DNA from: Minutocellus sp. GHC0000111
Lineage: Eukaryota
Length of the DNA: 64,000 nucleotides
Reading direction: 5' to 3'
Assembly: GCA_977018835.1 (NCBI GenBank)
Contig: OZ361259.1
Span: 3,968,001-4,032,000, forward strand
Under the pieces are notes generated by a model. That model did no database searches. It worked only from the letters and a program-made list of their open reading frames with translations, and was not told the DNA's origin. Below, in pieces: positions 1 through 11,671 of the stretch; positions within the stretch are counted from its first letter, which is position 1; every line of letters begins with the position of its first letter. Position numbers and translations under genes: made by a program.

Positions 1-1
1 A

Positions 2-1834
2 TCCAGCTACCGCGGATTCTCGTGGGACAACTTCCGCGATCAGCTCCCTAAGGCTCTGCTTGAACACAAAAATGGCAATGCTGTCTACAATATCACCCAT
101 CCTTTAACGCAGCACTACGTTCAAGAGCTCAAGGAGGAAAAGTCAACCTACTGCAACAGCATCGCTTACGATTATCGTATATCCCAAATGATTGTCGAGG
201 GTCGTGACGGAATTCCGCCCGAATTTCCCTTTCCTGAGATTATCGACGAGAGCACCGGTGGGGCCGTCGTCTTGCCCCCAAAGACGGCCAAATTCAGTTC
301 TTGGTGGAATCAGTGGGGTGGCCCCGACGCAATCAAGGAGTCAGATGTGATCGCCAACTGGGCGGCCACGAATTACCTGCCACTGCACATTGACGACGGG
401 TCGCCCATTGTCCATGGCAAGGGCGCCTGGCTGCCCTTTGATGATACCCACCATAAGGTCACCTTGGTGGTAACGGACTGGGATGAAGATTTCGCGGATA
501 GCCTACTCTCGACCATTGACTCATCGGACCATCCCTTTGCAGAGATTCTCGTTGTTAAATCACCCACCGCCTCTACCGAGTATCACTCTTTGTGGGAGAC
601 AGTGTCGAGCCTGTGGCATTCCAATACTCCTACCAACATTCCCGTACGTTTCGTCGAGCGCACTTGGTCCGACTTTATGGATGTTTGCGATGCTCCTGTT
701 GGTACTGAATTCTTCATGACTACAAATTCCTACCACGAGGTCGTAGAAAAATTCGACCTAATGTTCAGCCATGACGACCCCCCTCGTCCTCTCATTGCCT
801 ATACCCCGGCAAGCTCGAAGCATTGTACCGACTACGAAGCCTGCACCGAGACTGTCAAACTTTCGAAGCTCTTCAACCCCGGCCTAGACAAGGTCATCCT
901 CGACATGGACATGGTCTATCACACCTCCAGCCGCAATGCCTTTTGCCATGAGTGGAAAAAGAAAAATGGCGACCAAGGAGAGATCTTATTGGATCGTCTG
1001 GGAGGGTCGGATGCCTACCTCGATCTTCTCCGATCTGGAACTCCTCGAGGTCCCACTGCCACTTCATACTACGCCTATCTCGAGAACTCCGGCATGGCTG
1101 ACAACATCTACGCTTTCACCAATAGGCTTGACCACGGTGCCGTCGATCACTTCGTGAAAGTTCGCCAAGACGAAGAAGTAGAACGTCATCTCGCCGCCAT
1201 GGGACAAGTCCCTACCCAGCGGATGGTCAAGGAAGTGCCACAAAATGAAAAGCCCGGTCCTCCACAGGATGCCGAGGCCGTTGCTCTTCATATGGCCGCT
1301 CTTCAGGGCAACTTTGGAAGTGTTCGACGAATGGACGCTGTCGACGAAGGTTCTGTTCGACGTATGCTTCAGAGTGACGAATCCAACAAGGAGGAAGAGC
1401 CTGGTTTCTTCGCCCGACTTTGGCACCGCTTCATCGACTTCTTTCGCAGAATTTTCTTCATCAAGACGGATGATGAGGAGAAGGAGCCTCTTGTCGACGT
1501 TACTCGTTATGATGATGCTCAGAGCGAGACATCATCATCTGATAGGGCGCCAATTTCTCCGAATCGTAACCGTGCCAAGCCCGGCGGTATCCAATTTGCT
1601 GCTCAGACCAGTGCTAATAGCATAAATACTACACTGGATGAAAACACTTGGTACTCTGGTGGTAGTGTGAACCGAGAACTTGTTTTGGAAAGGCCGGGTT
1701 GGCTCGTCCAGAAGGATCGGAATCGCAAAGATGCCACATTTGTGGCAAGGCAGGCCAGAATGAGAGCGCAAAAGCGGAAACGAGCTCGTAAAAGAGAACA
1801 AACAAGGAGAAAACTGCGTAGCTTCTTCTTCTAG
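2..1834 (+). CDS. 5'-truncated hypothetical protein (gene begins upstream of the window)
   Basis: The frame of ORF 188..1834 stays open back to position 2 (SSYRGFSWDNFRDQLPKALLEHKNGNAVYN...). No family confidently recognised. Confidence 0.75.
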   Translation, partial: SSYRGFSWDNFRDQLPKALLEHKNGNAVYNITHPLTQHYVQELKEEKSTYCNSIAYDYRISQMIVEGRDGIPPEFPFPEIIDESTGGAVVLPPKTAKFSSWWNQWGGPDAIKESDVIANWAATNYLPLHIDDGSPIVHGKGAWLPFDDTHHKVTLVVTDWDEDFADSLLSTIDSSDHPFAEILVVKSPTASTEYHSLWETVSSLWHSNTPTNIPVRFVERTWSDFMDVCDAPVGTEFFMTTNSYHEVVEKFDLMFSHDDPPRPLIAYTPASSKHCTDYEACTETVKLSKLFNPGLDKVILDMDMVYHTSSRNAFCHEWKKKNGDQGEILLDRLGGSDAYLDLLRSGTPRGPTATSYYAYLENSGMADNIYAFTNRLDHGAVDHFVKVRQDEEVERHLAAMGQVPTQRMVKEVPQNEKPGPPQDAEAVALHMAALQGNFGSVRRMDAVDEGSVRRMLQSDESNKEEEPGFFARLWHRFIDFFRRIFFIKTDDEEKEPLVDVTRYDDAQSETSSSDRAPISPNRNRAKPGGIQFAAQTSANSINTTLDENTWYSGGSVNRELVLERPGWLVQKDRNRKDATFVARQARMRAQKRKRARKREQTRRKLRSFFF

Positions 1835-1880
1835 CAAAGTAGCGTTACATGATAATACATGAAATCCTGCATGATTAGAC

Positions 1881-4325
1881 TTATGCGTGCCCTGACCCAG
1901 CCTTTCTCGCCTGGCTGACCCTCAACCTCTCGGCCCTCTGGAGCTTCGCAACTCGGTCATTTTCTTTCTGCAGGGCATTGAAGATCTCGGCGCTTGCATC
2001 CGCCTTGGTGGGATCACCTCCAAAGATATGAGATCGGATCTGGTTTGAACTCAATTTCATCAGTGCCTTTCCGTCCATCTTACTTGGTAGTTTCGCATGA
2101 ATCTTCTTTTTTTTAGGAAGGCACAGAGCTGCTCATGGGAGTATGCCTTCGGAGCAACATCTACCTTTTTCATCTCGGCGACGACAGATACTACTTCTCT
2201 CGCTGGATCCTCTCTAATATCCTTTTCTTTGCCTGCAAGTTGAGAGACAAAACGAAGCGTTTCCATAGAATGTTCCGTGTCGGTGGCATTTGGTGCCACT
2301 GTGGCAATGACGCAGAGTTTGGCAGATTCTCGTTCAAACGACTCTCGAAGAAGTCTTGTGAGGTTATTTGATCGATAGGGGATAGAGGCACTTTTCTTGT
2401 TTTTGCCACTTTTGTTGGCCACTCGAACGCACTCTTTGAGGGCCCAGAGGCTACTGTTGATCTCGTTTGACTCCTTTTGTCTCTCGCTGCTGTGGTACAT
2501 GCTGTCGTTCTTCCGCTCGGACCCCGCCAGGTCCAATAGATTCAAGAGGCCTCGCCGACAACGCATTTTTTTCTTACCTGCATCATTTCCCCCTTCTTCT
2601 TGACTCTTGAATGCAATTTGGATCTGCACAACTGCATGACTCCTTGAGCTCACGCCGTTAACGTCGGTCGCCTCGGTGGCGCGCCGGCTCTTGCCGAGCT
2701 CGATTGCCTTGGTCAAATCCTCAGGAGTTTTTACCTCGATTGATTCTGCATTCAATAATTTGACGGATCCATCCTTGGCCTCAGCGAGTGTTACTTCCTC
2801 GCCGTCGTCACCTAGAAGATCACGGCATATCTTTCCAGCCAATTCCACAAACTGGATCGAGATGGTAGCATCGGCATTCCCAGCGGAAGCAAGCTCATCG
2901 AAGATGCCAGTTGCCGTCCTCTCTTCAATGCCAGTCATCGTGTGGCTTTTACCCTGTAAAATTTTGAGAGCGGAAGAAAAGTAAAGCGATGGCTTTGTGA
3001 GAATAAAGAGAATGGAGAAGCGCATAATGCAATGTGAAGGCAGTGCTCCAAAATAGATACACCACTCACACTACCAGTCTGGCCAAACATGAAGATGGTG
3101 GATATGCCCCCCTCGCCGCATGTTGCACCATGGGCTGGGCTACTTTGGTGTAGATGTCATCTTGGGTAGTGTGTTCGTCAAAAGCTTTGGTGCAGGGAAA
3201 GAAGGTCGGCTTGACCAACTTGCGCCGCATATCTGCATGCATAACGCAGTTGTTGATGGTGATTTCAGCACCATTACCGGTATCATCGCCAATCGCAACC
3301 ACGTCAAACTCTCCACGCGCTAACTCGTATTGGAAGATTGGCCTCTTCCTGATGCAGATTTCGACGTTATTGTTGGACGACGAAGGAGTAGCAGCTTCGG
3401 CATCAATAGCAGCTGCGCAACTTGCCTCCTTGGCAAGGGGTGAGGCCAACGAAGTACGATGCTTGGCCAAATCGGCCATGAAATCTCCCGAATATCGCAA
3501 CCGCGCCGTCCGTTTGTCCAAATTGCGCCGCGAATCAAAGTTGGGATTGGTACTAGACTTGGACGCCGCCAGCTCCCTCGCGTCCTTCTTGCGTTCCATC
3601 TCTCGTTGGACCGATAGGGGTAGCGTTTTGAGAGGAGTCCTGCTGTCGCCATCTTCTCCGATGGATGGAGACGTCGCGGTGCCATTGATGGATCGTCGAG
3701 AAGAATTGGGCCTACCAGTACATGCAGCGCCCTTCTTTCCACCCCCACTGCTCTTTTGCTGAGAGGACACAAATCTCCTCGTACCGGCGGAAGTTGCACC
3801 CGATAGCGGCGGAGATGCAAAGCAGCCTGCTGTCTTGGACTTGCCTTTGTTGCTCCGAGTAGTCGCAGTTGTGGACGTACCAGTACTGCCCTTCTCCTCA
3901 CCAAAGTCCGAGTCAAGATTCACGGCACCATTGCGGTTGCTGCTCGTCATTGCTTTGGGTGCATCCACGTTGGTGGTGTATGTAGGAGTAGATTCCATCT
4001 TCTCCTCGCCATCCCCACCACCAATGACGCCACTTCCAACAAGCTCCTTGGGACTTGTCGTCTTGCGCCGCTCGGCCAACTTGGCCGCAGCCCTCTGAGT
4101 CCGCTTCGTCGTAGGCGAGGCAAAGGGTGCCGAATCATTCGGCTTTACCGGCGTAAGTGCGCCCGTAGCCTTGAGCTGCTCGTACGTCATGACAACCTTC
4201 CCCTCAAAACCGCCACTGTTGGACTCCTCAGCAAGTGCTACTCGTGATGCGCCAGGATTCGCTGTCGCCGCCGGAACGAACGACGAGTTGGATTCGAGGA
4301 ACTTCTCTCCCTCGGCTTCGTTCAT
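1881..4325 (-). CDS. Kinesin motor protein, kinesin-13-like (internal motor domain)
   Basis: ICIRKRP start motif; P-loop GQTGS|GKS reconstituted across a GT-AG intron 3069..2954; switch motifs NGVSSRSHA and DLAGSER; IPYRSNNLTRLL. Two single-base frameshifts in runs (G6 near 3110, A8 near 2110). Confidence 0.9.
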
Positions 4326-4664
4326 TGTTGCACTGAGTTCTGTGTTATGTTATGTCGGGGGTAAGTGATGTACAAGCAAGCACGTCAGCTCAACAACTCA
4401 TCAGCTCAAACACAAGATGTGTTCGTACGATCAACGGCGGTATCTTTGGGTATGAGTATCGAAATGACGTTGGATACGTCATCGAGAAACATTTATTTCT
4501 CGCGGCTCATCATCACCTGCTCATGATGTGCGACCGTCATTTACTTATTGAACCGTATCCATCGCTCGCTCGTTGGGCGAGTCTGCTTCAAAGTCAGTTG
4601 CAGCAGCTTGTAAAACACTATCTACCTGTGCGCTGGATTCTCCCCCTGCCTCCATCTCACTACC

Positions 4665-5552
4665 ATGTCAACCACCACAAGAAGGAGAGGCAAGCAACAG
4701 CGCTCCGCCACTGGCGCCGGCGAAAGTGCGCCATCGGCACCACCAGCTGCTGCCGCCTCCACAAGCAATACTGCTGCTTCAAGTAGTGCAGCGGGAGGAG
4801 CCGACACCGACGCGCAGGTCCATCAGGCCATCGCTCGGGTGGCCATGGCCAACACCCGGACCAAGGACCTGCACAAAATGTGGCGCAGCACGCTGCACAA
4901 AATGTCCTACCTGGTTGTCATGCTGGCCCTCCACCAGCTGAACGGCACGGTCGGACAGTGCATTCGCGACGACAAGGGTGTGAATGCGTCCGCGGGTGAT
5001 GGAAGCGGATCACCACTGCTAAGTGGAATGGATACCCTTGGTTTGGTGCTGACCGATGCTCTGCCGGCTATTTTGGGCGTGGTCATTTCGGGGCTTTTGG
5101 TCAAATTTTTGTCTTTGTACAACGATCGGACCGAACAACCCGCTGATTTCTCGTCTCCGTGGTACTACGTGGGTGCTGGGATTGTTCCCATGATCATTTC
5201 GTTGCACTTTCAGACTTTGAATAGTAATGATGCAGATGGCGATATTGTTGGTGTGACGAGCTGTGTTTCCACTCACGAGACGGCATCGCAATTCTTTGAC
5301 CCTGGTACGGAAGCCGACATTACCGCCCGAGTACAGAAGCAGATACCCGTGGCGATTGTGTACCACACCGTGGTGTCCGTGTCGTATTGGTTCATGAAGA
5401 AAGGCAGAGAGCAGTGCGAACGGAATATGGAGTTACTGAGGTCTCTCAACGGGCAGATTCGGGATCTCAAGGAGACAAACAAGAATCTCAAGGAAAAGAA
5501 GAAGAAGGCTGCCGCTGGGAAAGGTGGCGGCAGTACCAAAAAGAAGAAATAA
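4665..5552 (+). CDS. Hypothetical multi-pass membrane protein
   Basis: 295-aa ORF with about four hydrophobic segments, a C-terminal coiled coil and a KKKK tail (possible ER retrieval signal). Confidence 0.75.
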   Translation: MSTTTRRRGKQQRSATGAGESAPSAPPAAAASTSNTAASSSAAGGADTDAQVHQAIARVAMANTRTKDLHKMWRSTLHKMSYLVVMLALHQLNGTVGQCIRDDKGVNASAGDGSGSPLLSGMDTLGLVLTDALPAILGVVISGLLVKFLSLYNDRTEQPADFSSPWYYVGAGIVPMIISLHFQTLNSNDADGDIVGVTSCVSTHETASQFFDPGTEADITARVQKQIPVAIVYHTVVSVSYWFMKKGREQCERNMELLRSLNGQIRDLKETNKNLKEKKKKAAAGKGGGSTKKKK

Positions 5553-5695
5553 GGTGCTACAATATAAATATTTGGATATCAATCCTTTTCAAGCTTGGTT
5601 TCGTCTAAGATTTTTGGCTGTATTTGTTCACATTCTGTTTACATATATTCGCAATGTTCAAGAGAAGCTGTTATCAGCATCCGTTGCATCGATCA

Positions 5696-6393
5696 TTACT
5701 GCTGGCTCCCCTCCAGCACCGCCTTCTCCTCAGCAATGCGCTCGGTACTCCACTCCGACGCCATCACATCCAACAAATCTTCCTCATTGACAACCCCCAG
5801 CGAGGCGGCAATGTCAGGTGTTCTCAATATCACATCGAGGTCATTGCTATCATTCTTCGTTTGTGCTGCGTGGCCACCTTTGGGACGACGTCCAACTGCT
5901 GGTTGGGATGCCTTTGAAGATGAAAATCCCTTGCTCCTCTTTGAGACTTTACTATTCTTTGCTGATTTGCTCGATGACTTGGCACCTTTGCTACTTATCG
6001 ATGCCCCCTTGCCTAGTTTGCTCTTTTTGGAGATTCTGCTACTTCCCTTGTCCAGCAGCCTGCGACCAATCTTGAGCTGAGAGACAGACCTCTACATTGC
6101 GACAACGTTGCATACAACGAGAGATCAGACCAGTAGGGGAAACAAGACCACAGAGGGAAACAAGGGCATGGTAAGATATTTGGAGGACACAACGTGGGAT
6201 TCATCCAAAAGTCTCGTATCGCGCACCTCATCCAATCTGAAATGTGAATAGATATTGGTGGTGTCCTTACCTCCTCTGGCGCCAATGGAGCACCGAAAAC
6301 GTCCTTGGCATAGGACACACTGAAACATGATACGAGGACGAGTAAATATACGGGCCACGCCGTGGCGGCTCGTATCCTCGACTTGCCTGTCAT
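5696..6393 (-). CDS. Secreted Ser/Lys-rich silaffin-like protein, 2 exons, ~172 aa
   Basis: Exon 1 6393..6271 encodes a signal peptide; intron GTAAGG...TGTAG 6270..6092; in-frame exon 2 6091..5696 has RRLL (RXL) followed by KGAK, KSSSK and KSAKNSKVSKRSK. Confidence 0.65.
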
Positions 6394-6523
6394 CGTTGAA
6401 AGTCGAGTTGCTTTGGGGGCAGCAGCGTACCTAGGTACGGATTTTTGCTTGCGAGAGTGATCACAACCAACGGAGAAGATCTTATTCTTTAACGACGGAC
6501 AGACGGTTTGTTCGGCGCTAGAC

Positions 6524-8301
6524 ATGGGCATTGCCTGCGCCAAAATCTGATTATCTCGCTGACAAGGATACAATCGAATTACTGAAAGAGCTACGAAATG
6601 CCATCAATAACCACCCAAATATTATCAAGGAGCAGCGGCGTGAAAAGAATGATCAGTCTCAAAAGAAGGACAGCGACGGGGGTGAGGAGAAAGAGGAGGA
6701 GCCCAACGGCGACGATGACAACAATGGCCACGATGATGAACTCGAATATTTGTCCCTTCTTTGTCAACTCTCTCCCAGAAGAGAGCCAAAGAAAATTGAT
6801 ATTTATCCACCCCGACAAGCTGCAAGAAAATATAGAGGAAATAATACCGTACTTGGACGCAGACCCAGATGTAGCCATGGACAAACTCACCAAATGCTTT
6901 ATTCGATTGGTGAAATGGAGCGCCATGAATAAGGGGATGGCAATTAAGTCTGGCCATAGCTACGCGAGAGGGTCTTTTACGAGAATTAAGAAGGACAGCG
7001 TCACATATCCGCCGCATCACTACCTCGTCGAGCATGCATGGGCTGGACTGGAACTGTCTGGGCGCCACCTACGCCACATTGCTGATGCATCGCCTTCTGC
7101 AGAAAACATGTCAATGAGGGCCACATGCGCTGAGGATCTCATGATGGAATTTGTTGATTACATCTTGGGTGCATCTATTAATATCAATCTAGCGGGTTGG
7201 ATAGGCGCACATGAATCCATGAAGCCCGAAGGACGAATACCCGAAACTTCTCTGGAAGAGGGGATGTCATATCATTGCCCGATGACCCAACATGTCTATT
7301 TCATTGGAACAGTTCTCAATCAGCATGATTTTGCTGCAGAGACTATGCACGGAGAACGTTCCACTTCCAAACGAAGCAGAGAGTTTCGTGATTTGGTCGA
7401 TCGCATATTGTACGCATTCAAGGCAAATGATCGCAGGAGCCGAAGCATTGAATTGCCTTTCAAAGAAGAACATTTGACCTTTGAAGAAGACGATGATGTT
7501 GATGGAGATGAATTGCTATCAGGCAAACCGCCTGATGTAGTGGCTGCGGAATTTAACAAATTTCTCGATGGGAAACGCAGCAGGTATCGTAACAAGAAAA
7601 CTCCAATGTTGCTGCAGTGGGAGGGAGAGCATCTGTTCCAGAGAAGCGAAATTCGGAGCTATTTTGGTGACGGAAATTATGCAACGACGTACAATGAGAG
7701 GTTCGATCTTATGTTTGAAGAATTACGTCGGCAGAAACCGCTCCACAACAACGGAGAATTTCCTCCGAATAGTTTCGAAGACTTAGCCTTTGATGCTTGG
7801 TTTCAAATGCAGATGGCATTCACATCGAGGGGGGTGATACGGGCTGATCATCTGTCTCGATTGAAAGAATTGTACAATGCAGAGGCTCCCAATGATTGGG
7901 AAAGCTTTTCCGAGAGTAGGTTTCGCGAGGGCATTATCAGGATGCCATCATCGAAGAGAGCAATGTTTGCTCGGTACATGCCCTTGGAAAATCTTTCATC
8001 AATAGATCGCTTGAAATGCACATGCGGCATTGTCCATGCCAAGCAACGTCACGACGTAATCAACATTTCTTGTTGCGAGTGCGGGGAAGACTTTCAGGTT
8101 GCTGAAGAGTGTACGAAGAAGAATCAGAAGATGGATAGAATGAAAATTTTATCGCTTAGAAAGGGTCAACGGAAGGGAAAATCAGCCGAAGATTACGAGA
8201 ACGACACTTCAGAATGGCTCTGTTTGGACTGCAAACCGGCAACAGAGTATGAAGATGGAGACCACGACAGTGAGCTTCTCGATAGAGCAGAAGAGATATA
8301 A
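6524..8301 (+). CDS. Hypothetical protein with C-terminal PHD-like zinc finger; 5' part frameshifted
   Basis: ORF 6531..6932 switches into ORF 6598..8301 near the CT repeat at ~6770. C-terminus CTCG...SCCECG...C...WLCLDC resembles a PHD finger. The ATG at 6524 is out of frame by one base. Confidence 0.6.
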
Positions 8302-8615
8302 AGTTTGTACTTTGTAGCATCTAATTAGATCTAGCAGAAATTGCTATCGTTTGTTTTTCTATTATTATTGTTATTATTTGTCCTGTTGATACGTACGTAT
8401 GCAGATACCTTACGGAAGAATGGTTCAACATGAGAATTGAGGCAGAGGCCTAGCGATGGACATTATTCGTCCTGGTAGTCCTGTAACTACGATAGATGTT
8501 AGTATCGCTAGCTCTACCTTAGCTATTAACATGTCCGAGGGAAAACTTGCCGAGGGAAAACTTGCCGTGGCCACCTCTAGATCTACCTACGTAGCTACGT
8601 AGATCTACCTAGAAA

Positions 8616-9923
8616 CTAGTTACTCTCAATCTCTAGATCTAGTTGCAATTCGACATCATCAAGTTGAAGCTCCTCGAGGTCAGAATCAAAATCAACGTCG
8701 TCTCCAACTGCCTCCGCAACTGACTTATCGTCATCTTCTATTTCATTCTCATCTTCACCCCCCGCATTTTTGATCCACTCCCACTTGCCCTCAACTTTCC
8801 TCATTCGGCGACACCTTGTGTGTTGCAAGTAATGCCGAACTTTCCGAGCCTCCGAATCAGCATGAACCGCAAGCAAGTACAGCTCACTCTTGCCAATGGC
8901 GCCTCGCCCATTCTTCCCCCACACATCTTCTTGTAATGCAATCTCTCGTGCAAGGTGAGAAGTCCATTTGGCAATGTGAGGAACGAAATTCCCGAGGTAC
9001 AGCGCCTCACCACGAACATTCACATATGCTCCAACTTTGCCGACATGGGCTATCTTAGAGCCCTCTCGAGGTTTGGCAGGGACAATCACAGTGATGTCTG
9101 GACACAGTCGATATGACTTTGCAATGAATCCAGGTATGGCAATTTTATTTCTGGCCAGTTCATGACGAATCCGGTGCTTAAATGCCGCTGCAGATAATGA
9201 AGAGGCTTGCGGATTTTGAGACATGAATCCATCAATGATGGATTGGGCACGTTCTCCAAGATTGCGATAGCAACCGTGTGACATGCAATATCCGCCAGAT
9301 TTAGATCTAGCACCCTTGTTGCACCCTGGATGCTGGCAGCGACGACCGCCGCCGTGTGACATGCAGTGTCCGCCAGATAAGGCTCCATTCGTGCAACCAG
9401 GGTGCTGGCAGCGAGGACCGCCACCATGTGACATGCAATGTCCGCCAGATAAGGCTCCATTCGTGCAATTGGGATGCTGGCAATCTTTTCGCTGGCAATC
9501 TTTTCCGGACACGCAATGCGGATGCGGTCGTTGGCGCCAATGATTCTCGGTAGTGGCCTTGGCCACGGGAGCACCAACTCCTCCTTCTCCTCTACCGGGA
9601 GCGTGTCCAGCGACGGCATTGTCGGTCGCCGAGCCTGGGAACACAGCAAACAGCCTGCCACCGCCGGGTGGCCATCCAATCCTGTAACCTGGCCATCCAA
9701 TCCTGTAACCCTCGGGGAGGAACATGTTGAAACCAACAGCAAGTGTGCGATTCTTGCCCTGGAAGAGATTCGCCACCCTCTCGATAACACAAACAATGCC
9801 CATTTGGCGTGACTTGTGTTTGTTCATAATGTCGATGAACACGTTGTAAATGAAGTGCCCACATTCTGACAGGACCAACTCAAGATACGTGCTGACGTCC
9901 TCCGGGCACAGGTCCCGCGCCAT
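8616..9923 (-). CDS. Putative transcription regulator: Sin3-type PAH domain + three Cys/His repeats + AP2-like segment
   Basis: YLELV...IYNVFIDIM...VIERVANLF...GFNMFLPEGYRI matches the PAH consensus; three CQHPxCxxGAxxGGxCMSHG repeats; GKVGAYVNVRGEALYLGNF resembles an AP2 beta-sheet; acidic tail. Confidence 0.7.
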   Translation of the reverse strand: MARDLCPEDVSTYLELVLSECGHFIYNVFIDIMNKHKSRQMGIVCVIERVANLFQGKNRTLAVGFNMFLPEGYRIGWPGYRIGWPPGGGRLFAVFPGSATDNAVAGHAPGRGEGGVGAPVAKATTENHWRQRPHPHCVSGKDCQRKDCQHPNCTNGALSGGHCMSHGGGPRCQHPGCTNGALSGGHCMSHGGGRRCQHPGCNKGARSKSGGYCMSHGCYRNLGERAQSIIDGFMSQNPQASSLSAAAFKHRIRHELARNKIAIPGFIAKSYRLCPDITVIVPAKPREGSKIAHVGKVGAYVNVRGEALYLGNFVPHIAKWTSHLAREIALQEDVWGKNGRGAIGKSELYLLAVHADSEARKVRHYLQHTRCRRMRKVEGKWEWIKNAGGEDENEIEDDDKSVAEAVGDDVDFDSDLEELQLDDVELQLDLEIESN

Positions 9924-10196
9924 GGTTGAAAGGAAGATCAAACCAGCCACAAACAACTTACTACGTGCAAGCTAGCTCTAGCTTGTAGAGTACATGTAGT
10001 ACTTGCTCTACTAGTAGCTAGTAAATAGAGAGTATGTGACAGGCGAGCGGCCGGCCAGGTTAGCTACTTCGACGCAGGCAGCAGCCCGCAGCAGTAGCAG
10101 GCAGCAGCGAGCGTTGCGCTGCGTTGCGAGGAGAACAAATCCGTTGGTCGCGCGCGCGTTCTGCTTAGTACGTACGTATGTTACGTACGAGGAGTG

Positions 10197-11671
10197 GGCC
10201 CTGGTGCCCTCTGTTTGATCGTTTTGTTGGCGTTTCGGGGTTCGGGGGCACCAAGGGGCATTTTAGCAACTACGTCCTCTCAGCAAAAATTCTAGTTGTA
10301 AACATATACGTTCTTAAGATTTGGGTGTAGCTTAATTTTGTAGCACACACTGGCAAAATGTATTGGATGTTCACCCTGGCAGGCTTTCTCCCTTGTTTCC
10401 CCCCTTTTTAATTTCTGAATGACGTCATTATCTGACATGTAAAAATGCTGGATTCCCCTCATTTTTAAATCCTCTGTTTGGTTTTCGTGCCTTTGTGGAT
10501 CTCCATTCTTTCATGCTTAGTATGACTTCTAAGTCACTAGTGCTCATTCGAAAGGTCTTCGCCCATCTGATCAGATCCTCTTTTTGCTTTTTCCCCAGCT
10601 TGGTTTGATTGTATTTTTGTCTAGTTAGTCTTTCAATCCATCCATTTTTTTCTCTCAGTTGCACTTTCTTGTGCAGTGTTGCTCCGTCTCGTTGGTATTT
10701 GAGGCCTAGGACTCTGTGTGTGTTCATGTCTTGCCCCGAGAAATATATTGCTGCGTCTAGATTTCCTGTCCCTGATGTTGTTGCTCTACAGCGCGCCGAA
10801 TGACATCGATAATGAATGACGCAGAGGCAGCGATCGACGAGAGGCTCAACAGAGACGAGGAACGAGGAAAAGATCGGGGATCTTCGAGAGAGCGCGACAT
10901 GGGATCGACGTCGAAAGAAGAGAAAAACGTGGATCGAGATCGGCATAGGTTCGCAATGAATGATTGAAATTCGACCGAGAGAATGATTTCGACGAGTGGT
11001 GATGAAAAGCCAAGTGAGAGAGAGGTCGCCATCGCACCATTCACTTCTCCCCTCTTCTCGTGTGCACCCATCCCGTTTCTGTTTGATGTCAACTGTTCTC
11101 AAGTTTCTAGTAGTTGCATTGTAGCTGTAATCGGAATTATCTGCAGGTGCGCCTTCGTCCTGTCTCGGTGCGCCAAGGCAGTCTGCTTTCTGGAGCCATC
11201 TCCCCCCCCCAGCACTCTTTTGACAACCTTTTTCTCTTCCATGGCCTTTCGCACTCTCCCTTGTCTCACTCTCGTCTCCAAGAATCACCGCGAATTTCCA
11301 TGGATGGGTTCATTGGCTCTCCTCTCGGTAAGGAGTTCTTCCGTCGCCTCTGGTTGGCGTCTCATTGTCGCCGGTGCGCGAGGGAGATGACTCCAGAAAG
11401 TAGACTGCCTTGGCGCACCGAGACAGGACGAAGGCGCACCTGCAGATAATTCCGATTACAGCTACAATGCAACTACTAGAAACTTGAGAACAGTTGACAT
11501 CAAACAGAAACGGGATGGGTGCACACGAGAAGAGGGGAGAAGTGAATGGTGCGATGACTGACACTACACGTAGACACGCCGCATGAAAAAAGGAAGGAAT
11601 AGTTGTGTTGTAGCACGAAGTGCCAATTTACAAATAATAGAAAAAGACGCACCCACTAGGGCACCCGGGCC
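10197..11671. mobile_element. Possible degenerate non-autonomous DNA transposon containing the hairpin below
   Basis: 13/14 inverted match GGCCCTGGTGCCCT (10197..10210) / AGGGCACCCGGGCC (11658..11671). No clean target-site duplication and no recognisable transposase. Confidence 0.3.
11030..11556. repeat. Long inverted repeat: 175-bp arms (11030..11204 / 11382..11556), 177-bp spacer, 2 mismatches
   Basis: Direct reverse-complement alignment; also seen as matching peptides in ORFs 10983..11390(+) and 11310..11564(-). Confidence 0.95.

Noticed and set aside
9330..9500. 60-nt repeats as a CRISPR-like array
   Set aside because: In-frame coding repeats without unique spacers; eukaryotic context; no cas genes.
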